Positions 30,601-46,900 of a stretch of DNA of 64,000 bases are shown piece by piece (the stretch's first letter is position 1; every line of letters starts with the position of its first letter). The DNA comes from Eledone cirrhosa (lineage: Eukaryota). The stretch spans positions 27,342,001 through 27,406,000 of the forward strand of contig OZ024752.1 in assembly GCA_964016885.1 (NCBI GenBank), given 5' to 3'. The notes beneath the pieces were generated by a model. That model worked only from the letters and a program-made list of their open reading frames with translations, was not told where the DNA came from and ran no database searches. Position numbers and translations under genes: made by a program.

Positions 30601-33600
30601 TGTGGAACTAGTACAAACTTCGGCTGTCAACACACAAATTGTGGAACTAGTACCAACTTCGTGTATCAACACAGAACCTGTGGAACTAGTACCAACTTCG
30701 TCTATCAACACACAAACTGTGGAACTAGTACCAACTTCGTCTATCAACACACAAACTGTGGAACTAGAACCAACTTCTTCTATCAACACACAAACTGTGT
30801 AACTAGTACCTACTTCGAATATCGACACACAAACTGTGGAACTAGTACCAACTTTGACTATCAACACACAAACTGTGGAACTAGTACCAACTTCGTCTAT
30901 CAACACACAAACTGTGGAACTAGTACCAACTTCTTTATCAACACACAAACTGTGCAACTAGTACCAACTTGAGCTATCAAAACACAAACTGTGGAACTAG
31001 TACCAACTTCGGCTATCAACACACAAACTGTGGAACTAGTACCAACTTCGGCTATCAACACACGAACTGTGGACCTAGTGCCAACTTCGTCTATCAACAC
31101 ACAAACTGTGGAACTAGTACCAAATTCGTCTATCAACACACAAACTGTGGAACTAGTACAAACTTCGGCTGTCAACACACAAATTGTGGAACTAGTACCA
31201 ACTTCGTGTATCAACACAGAAACTGTGGAACTAGTACCAACTTCGTCTATCAACACACAAACTGTGGAACAAGTACCAACTTCGTCTATCAACACACAAA
31301 CTGTGGAACTAGTACCAACTTCTTCTATCAACACACAAACTGTGGAACTAGTACCAACTTCGGCTATCAACACACAAACTGTGGACCTAGTACCAACTTC
31401 GTCTATCAACACACAAACTGTGGAACTAGTACCAGCTTCGGCTATCAACAGACAAATTGTAGAACTAGTACTAACTTCGTCTATCAACACACAAACTGTG
31501 GAACTAGTACCAAATTCGTCTATCAACACACAAATTGTGGAACTAGTACCAACTTCGTGTATCAACACAGAAACTGTGGAACTAGTACCAACTTCGGCTA
31601 TCAACACACAAACTGTGGAACTAGTACCAACTTCTTTATCAACACACAAACTGTGCAACTAGGACCAACTTCGGCTATCAACACACAAACTGAGGAACTA
31701 GTACCAACTACAGCTATCAACACACAATCTCTGGAACTAGTACCAGCTTCGTCTATCAACACACAAACCGTGGAACTAGTACACACTTCGTGTATCAACA
31801 CACAAACTGTGGAACTAGTACCAACTTCGGCTATCAACACACAAACTGTGGAACTAGTACCAACTTCGGCTATCAACACACAAACTGTGGAACTAGTACC
31901 AACTTCGGCTATCAACACACGAACTGTGGAACTAGTACCAAATTCGTCTATCAACACACAAACTGTGGAACTAGTACAAACTTCGGCTGTCAACACACAA
32001 ATTGTGGAACTAGTACCAACTTCGTGTATCAACACAGAACCTGTGGAACTAGTACCAACTTCGTCTATCAACACACAAACTGTGGAACTAGTACCAACTT
32101 CGTCTATCAACACACAAACTGTGGAACTAGTACCAACTTCTTCTATCAACACACAAACTGTGGAACTAGTACCTACTTCGAATATCGACACACAAACTGT
32201 GGAACTAGTACCAACTTCGACTATCAACACACAAACTGTGGAACTAGTACCAACTTCGTCTATCAACACACAAACTGTGGAACTAGTACCAACTTCTTTA
32301 TCAACACACAAACTGTGCAACTAGTACCAACTTGAGCTATCAACACACAAACTGTGGAACTAGTACCAACTTCGGCTATCAACACACAAACTGTGGAACT
32401 AGTACCAACTTCGGCTATCAACACACGAACTGTGGACCAAGTGCCAACTTCGTCTATCAACACACAAACTGTGGAACTAGTACCAAATTCGTCTATCAAC
32501 ACACAAACTGTGGAACTAGTACAAACTTCGGCTGTCAACACACAAATTGTGGAACTAGTACCAACTTCGTGTATCAACACAGAAACTGTGGAACTAGTAC
32601 CAACTTCGTCTATCAACACACAAACTGTGGAACTAGTACCAACTTCGTCTATCAACACACAAACTGTGGAACTAGTACCAACTTCTTCTATCAACACACA
32701 AACTGTGGAACTAGTACCAAATTCGTCTATCAACACACAAACTGTGGAACTAGTACCAACTTCTTTATCAACACACAAACTGTGCAACTAGTACCAACTT
32801 CGGCTATCAACACACAAACTGTGGAACTAGTACCAACTACAGCTATCAACACACAATCTCTGGAACTAGTACCAGCTTCGTCTATCAACACACAAACTGT
32901 GGAACTAGTACAAACTTCGTGTATCAACACACAAACTGTGGAACTAGTACCAACTTCGGCTATCAACACACAAAATGTGGAACTAGTACCAACTTCGGCT
33001 ATCAACACACAAACTGTGGAACTGGTACAGACTTCGTCTATCAACACACAAACTGTGGAACTAGTACCGACTTCGGCTATCAACACACAAACTGTGGAAC
33101 TAGTACCGACTTCGACTATCAACACACAAACTATGGAACTAGTACCAACTTCTTCTATCAACACACACACTGTGGAACTAGTACCAACTTCGACTATCAA
33201 CACACAAACTGAGGAACTAGTACCAACTTCGGCTATCAACACACAATCTCTGGAACTAGTACCAGCTTCGTCTATCAACACACAAACCGTGGAACTAGTA
33301 CACACTTCGTGTATCAACACACAGACTGTGGAACTAGTACCAACTACGGCTATCAACACACAAACTGTGGAACTAGTACCAACTTCGGCTATCAACACAC
33401 GAACTGTGGACCTAGTGCCAACTTCGTCTATCAACACACAACCCTGTGGAACTAGTACCAAATTCGGCTATCAACACACAAACTGTGGAACTAGTACAAA
33501 CTTCGGCTGTCAACACACAAATTGTAGAACTAGTACCAACTTCGTCTATCAACACACAAACTGTGGAACTAGTACCAACTTCGTCTATCAACACACAAAC

Positions 33601-35100
33601 TGTGGAACTAGTACCAACTTCGTCTATCAACACACAAACTGTGGAACTAGTACCAACTTCTTCTATCAACACACAAACTGTGGAACTAGTACCTACTTCG
33701 ACTATCAACACACAAACTGTGGAACTAGTACCAACTTCGACTATCAACACAGAAACTGTGGAACTAGTACAGACTTCGTCTATCAACACACAAACTGTAG
33801 AACTAGTACTAACTTCGTCTATCAACACACAAACTGTGGAACTAGTACCAAATTCGTCTATCAACACACAAATTGTGGAACTAGTACCAACTTCGTGTAT
33901 CAACACAGAAACTGTGGAACTAGTACCAACTTCGGCTATCAACACACAAACTGTGGAACTAGTACCAACTTCTTTATCAACACACAAACTGTGCAACTAG
34001 GACCAACTTCGGCTATCAACACACAAACTGAGGAACTAGTACCAACTACAGCTATCAACACACAATCTCTGGAACTAGTACCAGCTTCGTCTATCAACAC
34101 ACAAACCGTGGAACTAGTACACACTTCGTGTATCAACACACAAACTGTGGAACTAGTACCAACTTCGGCTATCAACACACAAACTGTGGAACTAGTACCA
34201 ACTTCGGCTATCAACACACAAACTGTGGAACTAGTACCAACTTCGGCTATCAACACACGAACTGTGGACCTAGTGCCAACTTCGTCTATCAACACACAAA
34301 CTGTGGAACTAGTACCAAATTCGTCTATCAACACACAAACTGTGGAACTAGTACAAACTTCGGCTGTCAACACACAAATTGTGGAACTAGTACCAACTTC
34401 GTGTATCAACACAGAACCTCTGGAACTAGTACCAACTTCGTCTATCAACACACAAACTGTGGAACTAGTACCAACTTCGTCTATCAACACACAAACTGTG
34501 GAACTAGTACCAACTTCTTCTATCAACACACAAACTGTGTAACTAGTACCTACTTCGAATATCGACACACAAACTGTGGAACTAGTACCAACTTCGACTA
34601 TAAACACACAAACTGTAGAACTAGTACCAACTTCGTCTATCAACACACAAACTGTGGAACTAGTACCAACTTCTTTATCAACACACAAACTGTGCAACTA
34701 GTACCAACTTGAGCTATCAACACACAAACTGTGGAACTAGTACCAACTTCGGCTATCAACACACAAACTGTGGAACTAGTACCAACTTCGGCTATCAACA
34801 CACGAACTGTGGACCTAGTGCCAACTTCGTCTATCAACACACAAACTGTGGAACTAGTACCAAATTCGTCTATCAACACACAAACTGTGGAACTAGTACA
34901 AACTTCGGCTGTCAACACACAAATTGTGGAACTAGTACCAACTTCGTGTATCAACACAGAAACTATGGAACTAGTACCAACTTCGTCTATCAACACACAA
35001 ACTGTGGAACTAGTACCAACTTCGTCTATCAACACACAAACTGTGGAACTAGTACCAACTTCTTCTATCAACACACAAACTGTGGAACTAGAACCAACTT
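27700..35100 (+). repeat. Older tandem duplication with ~3.66-3.74 kb period
   Basis: Module ends 28002/31662, 28664/32324 and 29131/32791 are offset by 3660, and 30260/34000 and 30961/34701 by 3740. The shared GTGTAACTA variant has its TAA at 30800 and 34540. Confidence 0.75.
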
Positions 35101-35459
35101 CGTCTATCAACACACAAACTGTGGAACTAGTACCAACTTCTTTATCAACACACAAACTGTGCAACTAGTACCAACTTCGGCTATCAACACACAAACTGTG
35201 GAACTAGTACCAACTACAGCTATCAACACACAATCTCTGGAACTAGTACCAGCTTCGTCTATCAACACACAAACTGTGGAACTAGTACCAACTTCTTTAT
35301 CAACACACAAACTGTGCAACTAGTACCAACTTGAGCTATCAACACACAAACTGTGGAACTAGTACCAACTTCGGCTATGAACACACAAACTGTGGAACTA
35401 GTACCAACTTCGGCTATCAACACACGAACTGTGGACCTAGTGCCAACTTCGTCTATCAA

Positions 35460-38400
35460 CACACAAACTGTGGAACTAGTACCAAATTCGTCTATCAACA
35501 CACAATCTGTGGAACTAGTACAAACTTCGGCTGTCAACACACAAATTGTGGAACTAGTACCAACTTCGTGTATCAACACAGAAACTGTGGAACTAGTACC
35601 AACTTCGTCTATCAACACACAAACTGTGGAACTAGTACCAACTTCGTCTATCAACAGACAAACTGTGGAACTAGTACCAACTTCTTCTATCAACACACAA
35701 ACTGTGGAACTAGTACCTACTTCGAATATCGACACACAAACTGTGGAACTAGTACCAACTTCGACTATCAACACACAAACTGTGGAACTAGTACCAACTT
35801 CGTCTATCAACACACAAACTGTGGAAGTAGTACCAACTTCTTTATCAACACACAAACTGTGCAACTAGTACCAACTTGAGCTATCAACACACAAACTGTG
35901 GAACTAGTACCAACTTCGGCTATCAACACACAAACTGTGGAACTAGTACCAACTTCGGCTATCAACACACGAACTGTGGACCTAGTGCCAACTTCGTCTA
36001 TCAACACACAAACTGTGGAACTAGTACCAAATTCGTCTATCAACACACAAACTGTGGAACTAGTACAAACTTCGGCTGTCAACACACAAATTGTGGAACT
36101 AGTACCAACTTCGTGTATCAACACAGAAACTGTGGAACTAGTACCAACTTCGTCTATCAACACACAAACTGTGGAACTAGTACCTACTTCGTCTATCAAC
36201 ACACAAACTGTGGAACTAGTACCAACTTCTTCTATCAACACACAAACTGTGGAACTAGTACCAACTTCGTCTATCAACACACAAACTGTGGAACTAGTAC
36301 CAACTTCTTTATCAACACACAAACTGTGCAACTAGTACCAACTTCGGCTATCAACACACAAACTGTGGAACTAGTACCAACTACAGCTATCAACACACAA
36401 TCTCTGGAACTAGTACCAGCTTCGTCTATCAACACACAAACTGTGGAACTAGTACAAACTTCGTGTATCAACACACAAACTGTGGAACTAGTACCAACTT
36501 CGGCTATCAACACACAAAATGTGGAACTAGTACCAACTTCGGCTATCAACACACAAACTGTGGAACTGGTACAGACTTCGTCTATCAACACACAAACTGT
36601 GGAACTAGTACCGACTTCGGCTATCAACACACAAACTGTGGAACTAGTACCGACTTCGACTATCAACACACAAACTGTGGAACTAGTACCAACTTCTTCT
36701 ATCAACACACACACTGTGGAACTAGTACCAACTTCGTCTATCAACACACAAACTGTGGAACTAGTACCAACTTCGGCTATCAACACACATACTGTGGAAC
36801 TAGTACAGACTTCGTCTATCAACACACAAACTGTGGAACTAGTACCGACTTCGGCTATCAACACACAAACTGTGGAACTAGTACCAACTTCGACTATCAA
36901 CACACAAACTGTGGAACTAGTACCAACTTCTTCTATCAACACACAAACTGTGGAACTAGTACCAACTTCGACTATCAACACACAAACTGTGGAACTAGTA
37001 CCAACTTCGACTATCAACACACAAACTGTGGAACTAGTACCAACTTCTTCTATCAACACACAAACTGTGCAACTAGTACCAACTTCGGCTATCAACACAC
37101 AAACTGTGGAACTAGTACCAACTTCGTCTATCAACACACAAACTGTGCAACTAGTACCAACATCTTCTATCAACACACAAACTGTGCAACTAGTACCAAC
37201 TTCGGCTATCAACACACAAACTGTGGACCTAGTACCAACTTCGTCTATCAACACACAAACTGTGGAACTAGTACCAGCTTCGGCTATCAACAGACAAATT
37301 GTAGAACTAGTACTAACTTCGTCTATCAACACACAAACTGTGGAACTAGTAGCAAATTCGTCTATCAACACACAAACTGTGCAACTAGTACCAACTTCGT
37401 GTATCAACACAGAAACTGTGGAACTAGTACCAACTTCGGCTATCAACACACAAACTGTGGAACTAGTACCAACTTCTTTATCAACACACAAACTGTGCAA
37501 CTAGGACCAACTTCGGCTATCAACACACAAACTGAGGAACTAGTACCAACTACAGCTATCAACACACAATCTCTGGAACTAGTACCAGCTTCGTCTATCA
37601 ACACACAAACTGTGGAACTAGTACCAAATTCGTCTATCAACACACAATCTGTGGAACTAGTACAAACTTCGGCTGTCAACACACAAATTGTGGAACTAGT
37701 ACCAACTTCGTGTATCAACACAGAAACTGTGGAACTAGTACCAACTTCGTCTATCAACACACAAACTGTGGAACTAGTACCAACTTCGTCTATCAACACA
37801 CAAACTGTGGAACTAGTACCAACTTCTTCTATCAACACACAAACTGTGGAACTAGTACCTACTTCGAATATCGACACACAAACTGTGGAACTAGTACCAA
37901 CTTCGACTATCAACACACAAACTGTGGAACTAGTACCAACTTCGTCTATCAACACACAAACTGTGGAACTAGTACCAACTTCTTTATCAACACACAAACT
38001 GTGCAACTAGTACCAACTTGAGCTATCAACACACAAACTGTGGAACTAGTACCAACTTCGGCTATCAACACACAAACTGTGGAACTAGTACCAACTTCGG
38101 CTATCAACACACGAACTGTGGACCTAGTGCCAACTTCGTCTATCAACACACAAACTGTGGAACTAGTACCAAATTCGTCTATCAACACACAAACTGTGGA
38201 ACTAGTACAAACTTCGGCTGTCAACACACAAATTGTGGAACTAGTACCAACTTCGTGTATCAACACAGAAACTGTGGAACTAGTACCAACTTCGTCTATC
38301 AACACACAAACTGTGGAACTTGTACCAACTTCGTCTATCAACACACAAACTGTGGAACTAGTACCAACTTCTTCTATCAACACACAAACTGTGGAACTAG

Positions 38401-39740
38401 TACCAACTTCGTCTATCAACACACAAACTGTGGAACTAGTACCAACTTCTTTATCAACACACAAACTGTGCAACTAGTACCAACTTCGGCTATCAACACA
38501 CAAACTGTGGAACTAGTAGCAACTACAGCTATCAACACACAATCTCTGGAACTAGTACCAGCTTCGTCTATCAACACACAAACTGTGGAACTAGTACAAA
38601 CTTCGCGTATCAACACACAAACTGTGGAACTAGTACCAACTTCGGCTATCAACACACAAAATGTGGAACTAGTACCAACTTCGGCTATCAACACACAAAC
38701 TGTGGAACTGGTACAGACTTCGTCTATCAACACACAAACTGTGGAACTAGTACCGACTTCGGCTATCAACACACAAACTGTGGAACTAGTACCGATTTCG
38801 ACTATCAACACACAAACTGTGGAACTAGTACCAACTTCTTCTATCAACACACACACTGTGGAACTAGTACCAACTTCGTCTATCAACACACAAACTGTGG
38901 AACTAGTACCAACTTCGGCTATCAACACACATACTGTGGAACTAGTACAGACTTCGTCTATCAACACACAAACTGTGGAACTAGTACCGACTTCGGCTAT
39001 CAACACACAAACTGTGGAACTAGTACCAACTTCGACTATCAACACACAAACTGTGGAACTAGTACCAACTTCTTCTATCAACACACAAACTGTGGAACTA
39101 GTACCAACTTCGACTATCAACACACAAACTGTGGAACTAGTACCAACTTCGACTATCAACACACAAACTGTGGAACTAGTACCAACTTCTTCTATCAACA
39201 CACAAACTGTGCAACTAGTACCAACTTCGGCTATCAACACACAAACTGTGGAACTAGTACCAACTTCGTCTATCAACACACAAACTGTGCAACTAGTACC
39301 AACATCTTCTATCAACACACAAACTGTGCAACTAGTACCAACTTCGGCTATCAACACACAAACTGTGGACCTAGTACCAACTTCGTCTATCAACACACAA
39401 ACTGTGGAACTAGTACCAGCTTCGGCTATCAACAGACAAATTGTAGAACTAGTACTAACTTCGTCTATCAACACACAAACTGTGGAACTAGTACCAAATT
39501 CGTCTAACAACACACAAGTTGTGGAACTAGTACCAACTTCGTGTATCAACACAGAAACTGTGGAACTAGTACCAACTTCGGCTATCAACACACAAACTGT
39601 GGAACTAGTACCAACTTCTTTATCAACACACAAACTGTGCAACTAGGACCAACTTCGGCTATCAACACACAAACTGAGGAACTAGTACCAACTACAGCTA
39701 TCAACACACAATCTCTGGAACTAGTACCAGCTTCGTCTAT
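35460..39740 (+). repeat. Tandem duplication with 2142-bp (55-monomer) period
   Basis: TCTGTG occurs at 35506/37648 and AACATCTTCT at 37159/39301. Module ends are 35868/38010, 36335/38477 and 37504/39646. The offset 2142 = 55x39-3. Confidence 0.85.
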
Positions 39741-42700
39741 CAACACACAAACTGTGGAACTAGTACCAGCTTCGGCTATCAACAGACAAATTGTAGAACT
39801 AGTACTAACTTCGTCTATCAACACACAAACTGTGGAACTAGTACCAAATTCGTCTATCAACACACAAGTTGTGGAACTAGTACCAACTTCGGCTATCAAC
39901 ACACAAACTGTGGAACTAGTACCAACTTCGTCTATCAACACACAAACTGTGCAACTAGTACCAACATCTTCTATCAACACACAAACTGTGCAACTAGTAC
40001 CAACTTCGGCTATCAACACACAAACTGTGGAACTAGTACCAACTTCGGCTATCAACACACAAACTGTGGAACTAGTACCAACTTCGGCTATCAACACACA
40101 AACTGTGGAACTAGTACCAACTTCGGCTATCAACACACGAACTGTGGACCTAGTGCCAACTTCGTCTATCAACACACAAACTGTGGAACTAGTACCAAAT
40201 TCGTCTATCAACACACAAACTGTGGAACTAGTACAAACTTCGGCTGTCAACACACAAATTGTGGAACTAGTACCAACTTCGTGTATCAACACAGAACCTG
40301 TGGAACTAGTACCAACTTCGTCTATCAACACACAAACTGTGGAACTAGTACCAACTTCGTCTATCAACACACAAACTGTGGAACTAGTACCAACTTCTTC
40401 TATCAACACACAAACTGTGGAACTAGTACCTAATTCGAATATCGACACACAAACTGTGGAACTAGTACCAACTTCGACTATCAACACACAAACTGTGGAA
40501 CTAGTACCAACTTCGTCTATCAACACACAAACTGTGGAACTAGTACCGACTTCTTTATCAACACACAAACTGTGCAACTAGTACCAACTTGAGCTATCAA
40601 CGCACAAACTGTGGAACTAGTACCAACTTCGGCTATCAACACACAAACTGTGGAACTAGTACCAACTTCGGCTATCAACACACGAACTGTGGACCTAGTG
40701 CCAACTTCGTCTATCAACACACAAACTGTGGAACTAGTACCAAATTCGTCTATCAACACACAAACTGTGGAACTAGTACAAACTTCGGCTGTCAACACAC
40801 AAATTGTGGAACTAGTACCAACTTCGTGTATCAACACAGAAACTGTGGAACTAGTACCAACTTCGTCTATCAACACACAAACTGTGGAACTAGTACCAAA
40901 TTCTTCTATCAACACACAAACTGTGGAACTAGTACCAAATTCGTCTATCAACACACAAACTGTGGAACTAGTACCAACTTCTTTATCAACACACAAACTG
41001 TGCAACTAGTACCAACTTCGGCTATCAACACACAAACTGTGGAAGTAGTACCAACTACAGCTATCAACACACAATCTCTGGAACTAGTACCAGCTTCGTC
41101 TATCAACACACAAACTGTGGAACTAGTACAAACTTCGTGTATCAACACACAAACTGTGGAACTAGTACCAACTTCGGCTATCAACACACAAACTGTGGAA
41201 CTAGTACCAACTTCGGCTATCAACACACAAACTGTGGAACTGGTACAGACTTCGTCTATCAACACACAAAATGTGGAACTAGTACCGCCTTCGGCTATCA
41301 ACACACAAACTGTGGAACTAGTACCGACTTCGACTATCAACACACAAACTGTGGAACTAGTACCAACTTCTTCTATCAACACACACACTGTGGAACTAGT
41401 ACCAACTTCGACTATCAACACACAAACTGAGGAACTAGTACCAACTTCAGCTATCAACACACAATCTCTGGAACTAGTACCAGCTTCGTCTATCAACACA
41501 CAAACCGTGGAACTAGTACACACTTCGTGTATCAACACACAGACTGTGGAACTAGTACCAACTTCGGCTATCAACACACAAACTGTGGAACTAGTACCAA
41601 CTACGGCTATCAACACACAAACTGTGGAACTAGTACCAACTTCGGCTATCAACACACGAACTGTGGACCTAGTGCCAACTTCGTCTATCAACACACAACC
41701 CTGTGGAACTAGTACCAACTTCGGCTGTCAACACACAAATTGTAGAACTAGTACCAACTTCGTCTATCAACACACAAACTGTGGAACTAGTACCAACTTC
41801 GTCTATCAACACACAAACTGTGGAACTAGTACCAACTTCGTCTATCAACACACAAACTGTGGAACTAGTACCAACTTCTTCTATCAACACACAAACTGTG
41901 GAACTAGTACCTACTTCGACTATCAACACACAAACTGTGGAACTAGTACCAACTTCGACTATCAACACAGAAACTGTGGAACTAGTACAGACTTCGTCTA
42001 TCAACACACAAACTGTAGAACTAGTACTAACTTCGTCTATCAACACACAAACTGTGGAACTAGTACCAAATTCGTCTATCAACACACAAATTGTGGAACT
42101 AGTACCAGCTTCGTGTATCAACACAGAAACTGTGGAACTAGTACCAACTTCGGCTATCAACACACAAACTGTGGAACTAGTACCAACTTCTTTATCAACA
42201 CACAAACTGTGCAACTAGGACCAACTTCGGCTATCAACACACAAACTGAGGAACTAGTACCAACTACAGCTATCAACACACAATCTCTGGAACTAGTACC
42301 AGCTTCGTCTATCAACACACAAACCGTGGAACTAGTACACACTTCGTGTATCAACACACAAACTGTGGAACTAGTACCAACTTCGGCTATCAACACACAA
42401 ACTGTGGAACTAGTACCAACTTCGGCTATCAACACACAAACTGTGGAACTAGTACCAACTTCGGCTATCAACACACGAACTGTGGACCTAGTGCCAACTT
42501 CGTCTATCAACACACAAACTGTGGAACTAGTACCAAATTCGTCTATCAACACACAAACTGTGGAACTAGTACAAACTTCGGCTGTCAACACACAAATTGT
42601 GGAACTAGTACCAACTTCGTGTATCAACACAGAACCTGTGGAACTAGTACCAACTTCGTCTATCAACACACAAACTGTGGAACTAGTACCAACTTCGTCT

Positions 42701-43929
42701 ATCAACACACAAACTGTGGAACTAGTACCAACTTCTTCTATCAACACACAAACTGTGGAACTAGTACCTACTTCGAATATCGACACACAAACTGTGGAAC
42801 TAGTACCAACTTCGACTATCAACACACAAACTGTGGAACTAGTTCCAACTTCGTCTATCAACACACAAACTGTGGAACTAGTACCAACTTCTTTATCAAC
42901 ACACAAACTGTGCAACTAGTACCAACTTGAGCTATCAACACACAAACTGTGGAACTAGTACCAACTTCGGCTATCAACACACAAACTGTGGAACTAGTAC
43001 CAACTTCGGCTATCAACACACGAACTGTGGACCTAGTGCCAACTTCGTCTATCAACACACAAACTGTGGAACTAGTACCAAATTCGTCTATCAACACACA
43101 AACTGTGGAACTAGTACAAACTTCGGCTGTCAACACACAAATTGTGGAACTAGTACCAACTTCGTGTATCAACACACAAACTGTGGAACTAGTACCAACT
43201 TCGTCTATCAACACACAAACTGTGGAACTAGTACCAACTTCGTCTATCAACACACAAACTGTGGAACTAGTACCAAGTTCTTCTATCAACACACAAACTG
43301 TGCAACTAGTACCAACTTCGGCTATCAACACACAAACTGTGGAACTAGTACCAACTACAGCTATCAACACACAATCTCTGGAACTAGTACCAGCTTCGTC
43401 TATCAACACACAAACTGTGGAACTAGTACAAACTTCGTGTATCAACACACAAACTGTGGAACTAGTACCAACTTCGGCTATCAACACACAAAATGTGGAA
43501 CTAGTACCAACTTCGGCTATCAACACACAAACTGTGGAACTGGTACAGACTTCGTCTATCAACACACAAACTGTGGAACTAGTACCGACTTCGGCTATCA
43601 ACACACAAACTGTGGAACTAGTACCGACTTCGACTATCAACACACAAACTGTGGAACTAGTACCAACTTCTTCTATCAACACACACACTGTGGAACTAGT
43701 ACCAACTTCGACTATCAACACACAAACTGAGGAACTAGTACCAACTTCGGCTATCAACACACAATCTCTGGAACTAGTACCAGCTTCGTCTATCAACACA
43801 CAAACCGTGGAACTAGTACACACTTCGTGTATCAACACACAGACTGTGGAACTAGTACCAACTTCGGCTATCAACACACAAACTGTGGAACTAGTACCAA
43901 CTACGGCTATCAACACACAAACTGTGGAA

Positions 43930-46900
43930 CTAGTACCAACTTCGGCTATCAACACACGAACTGTGGACCTAGTGCCAACTTCGTCTATCAACACACAACC
44001 CTGTGGAACTAGTACCAAATTCGGCTATCAACACACAAACTGTGGAACTAGTACAAACTTCGGCTGTCAACACACAAATTGTAGAACTAGTACCAACTTC
44101 GTCTATCAACACACAAACTGTGGAACTAGTACCAACTTCGTCTATGAACACACAAACTGTGGAACTAGTACCAACTTCGTCTATCAACACACAAACTGTG
44201 GATCTAGTACCAACTTCTTCTATCAACACACAAACTGTGGAACTAGTACCTACTTCGACTATCAACACACAAACTGTGGAACTAGTACCAACTTCGACTA
44301 TCAACACAGAAACTGTGGAACTAGTACAGACTTCGTCTATCAACACACAAACTGTGGAACTAGTACCAACTTCGTCTATCAACACACAATCTCTGGAACT
44401 AGTACCAGCTTCGTCTATCAACACACAAACCGTGGAACTAGTACACACTTCGTGTATCAACACACGAACTGTGGAACTAGTACCAACTTCGGCTATCAAC
44501 ACACAAACTGTGGAACTAGTACCAACTTCGGCTATCAACACACAAACTGTGGAACTAGTACCAACTTCGGATATCAACACACGAACTGTGGACCTAGTGC
44601 CAACTTCGTCTATCAACACACAAACTGTGGAACTAGTACCAAATTCGGCTATCAACACACAAACTGTGGAACTAGTACAAACTTCGGCTGTCAACACACA
44701 AATTTTAGAACTAGTACCAACTTCTTGTATCAACACAGAAACTGTGGAACTAGTACCAACTTCGTCTATCAACACACAAACTGTGGAACTAGTACCAACT
44801 TCGTCTATCAACACACAAACTGTGGAACTAGGACCAACTTCTTCTATCAACACACAAATTGTGGAACTAGTACCAACTTCGTGAATCAACACAGAAACTG
44901 TGGAACTAGTACCAACTTCGTCTATCAACACACAAACTGTGGAACTAGTACCAACTTCGTCTATCAACACACAAACTGTGGAACTAGTACCAACTTCGGC
45001 TATCAACACACAAACTGTGGAACTAGTACAGACTTCGTCTATCAACACACAAACTGTGGAACAAGTACCGACTTCGGCTATCAACACACAAACTGTGGAA
45101 CTAGTACCAACTTCGACTATCAACACACAAACTGTGGAACTAGTACCAACTTCTTCTATCAACACACAAACTGTGGAACTAGTACCAACTTCGACTATCA
45201 ACACACAAACTGTGCAACTAGTACCAACTTCGACTATCAACACACAAACTGTGGAACTAGTACCAACTTCTTCTATCAACACACAAACTGTGCAACTAGT
45301 ACCAACTTCGGCTATCAACACACAAACTGTGGAACTAGTACCAACTTCGTCTATCAACACACAAACTGTGGAACTAGTACCAACTTCTTCTATCAACACA
45401 CAAACTGTGCAACTAGTACCAACTTCGGCTATCAACACACAAACTGTGGACCTAGTACCAACTTCGTCTATCAACGCACAAACTGTGGAACTAGTACCAG
45501 CTTCGGCTATCAACAGACAAATTGTAGAACTAGTACCAACTTCGTCTATCAACACACAAATTGTGGAACTAGTACCAACTTCGTGTATCAACACAGAAAC
45601 TGTGGAACTAGTACCAACTTCGGCTATCAACACACAAACTGTGGAACTAGTACCAACTTCTTTATCAACACACAAACTGTGCAACTAGTACCAACTTCGG
45701 CTATCAACACACAAACTGAGGAACTAGTACCAACTACAGCTATCAACACACAATCTCTGGAACTAGTACCAGCTTCGTCTATCAACACACAAACCGTGGA
45801 ACTAGTACACACTTCGTGTATCAACACACAAACTGTGGAACTAGTACCAACTTCGGCTATCAACACACAAACTGTGGAACTAGTACCAACTTCGGCTATA
45901 AACACACAAACTGTGGAACTAGTACCAACTTCGGCTATCAACACACGAACTGTGGACCTAGTGCCAACTTCGTCTATCAACACACAAACTGTGGAACTAG
46001 TACCAAATTCGTCTATCAACACACAAACTGTGGAACTAGTACAAACTTCGGCTGTCAACACACAAATTGTGGAACTAGTACCAACTTCGTGTATCAACAC
46101 AGAAACTGTGGAACTAGTACCAACTTCGTCTATCAACACACAAAATGTGGAACTAGTACCAACTTCGTCTATCAACACACAAACTGTGGAACTAGTACCA
46201 ACTTCTTCTATCAACACACAAACACTGGAACTAGTACCTACTTCGAATATCGACACACAAACTGTGGAACTAGTACCAACTTCGACTATCAACACACAAA
46301 CTGTGGAACTAGTACCAACTTCGTCTATCAACACACAAACTGTGGAACTAGTACCAACTTCTTTATCAACACACAAACTGTGCAACTAGTACCAACTTCA
46401 GCTATCAACACACAATCTGTGGAACTAGTACCAACTTCGGCTATCAACACACAAACTGTGGAACTAGTACCAACTTCGGCTATCAACACACGAACTGTGG
46501 ACCTAGTGCCAACTTCGTCTATCAACACACAAACTGTGGAACTAGTACCAAATTCGTCTATCAACACACAAACTGTGGAACTAGTACAAACTTCGGCTGT
46601 CAACACACAAATTGTGGAACTAGTACCAACTTCGTGTATCAACACAGAAACTGTGGAACTAGTACCAACTTCGTCTATCAACACAAACTGTGGAACTAGT
46701 ACCAACTTCGTCTATCAACACACAAACTGTGGAACTAGTACCAACTTCTTCTATCAACACACAAACTGTGGAACTAGTACCTACTTCGACTATCAACACA
46801 CAAACTGTGGAACTAGTACCAACTTCGACTATCAACACACAAACTGTTGAACTAGTACCAACTTCGTCTATCAACACACAAACTGTGGAACTAGTACCAA

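Larger units (their letters stand above)
26300..43900 (+). repeat. Array domain C: short modules (467/662/701/1169 bp) marked by ACTTGAGCT and CAACTAGGACC variants
   Basis: There are 22 38-mers between 27.9 and 42.9 kb. TGAGCT occurs at 28673, 30970, 32333, 34710, 35332, 35877, 38019, 40590 and 42928. TCGAATATCGAC first appears at ~28518. Confidence 0.75.
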
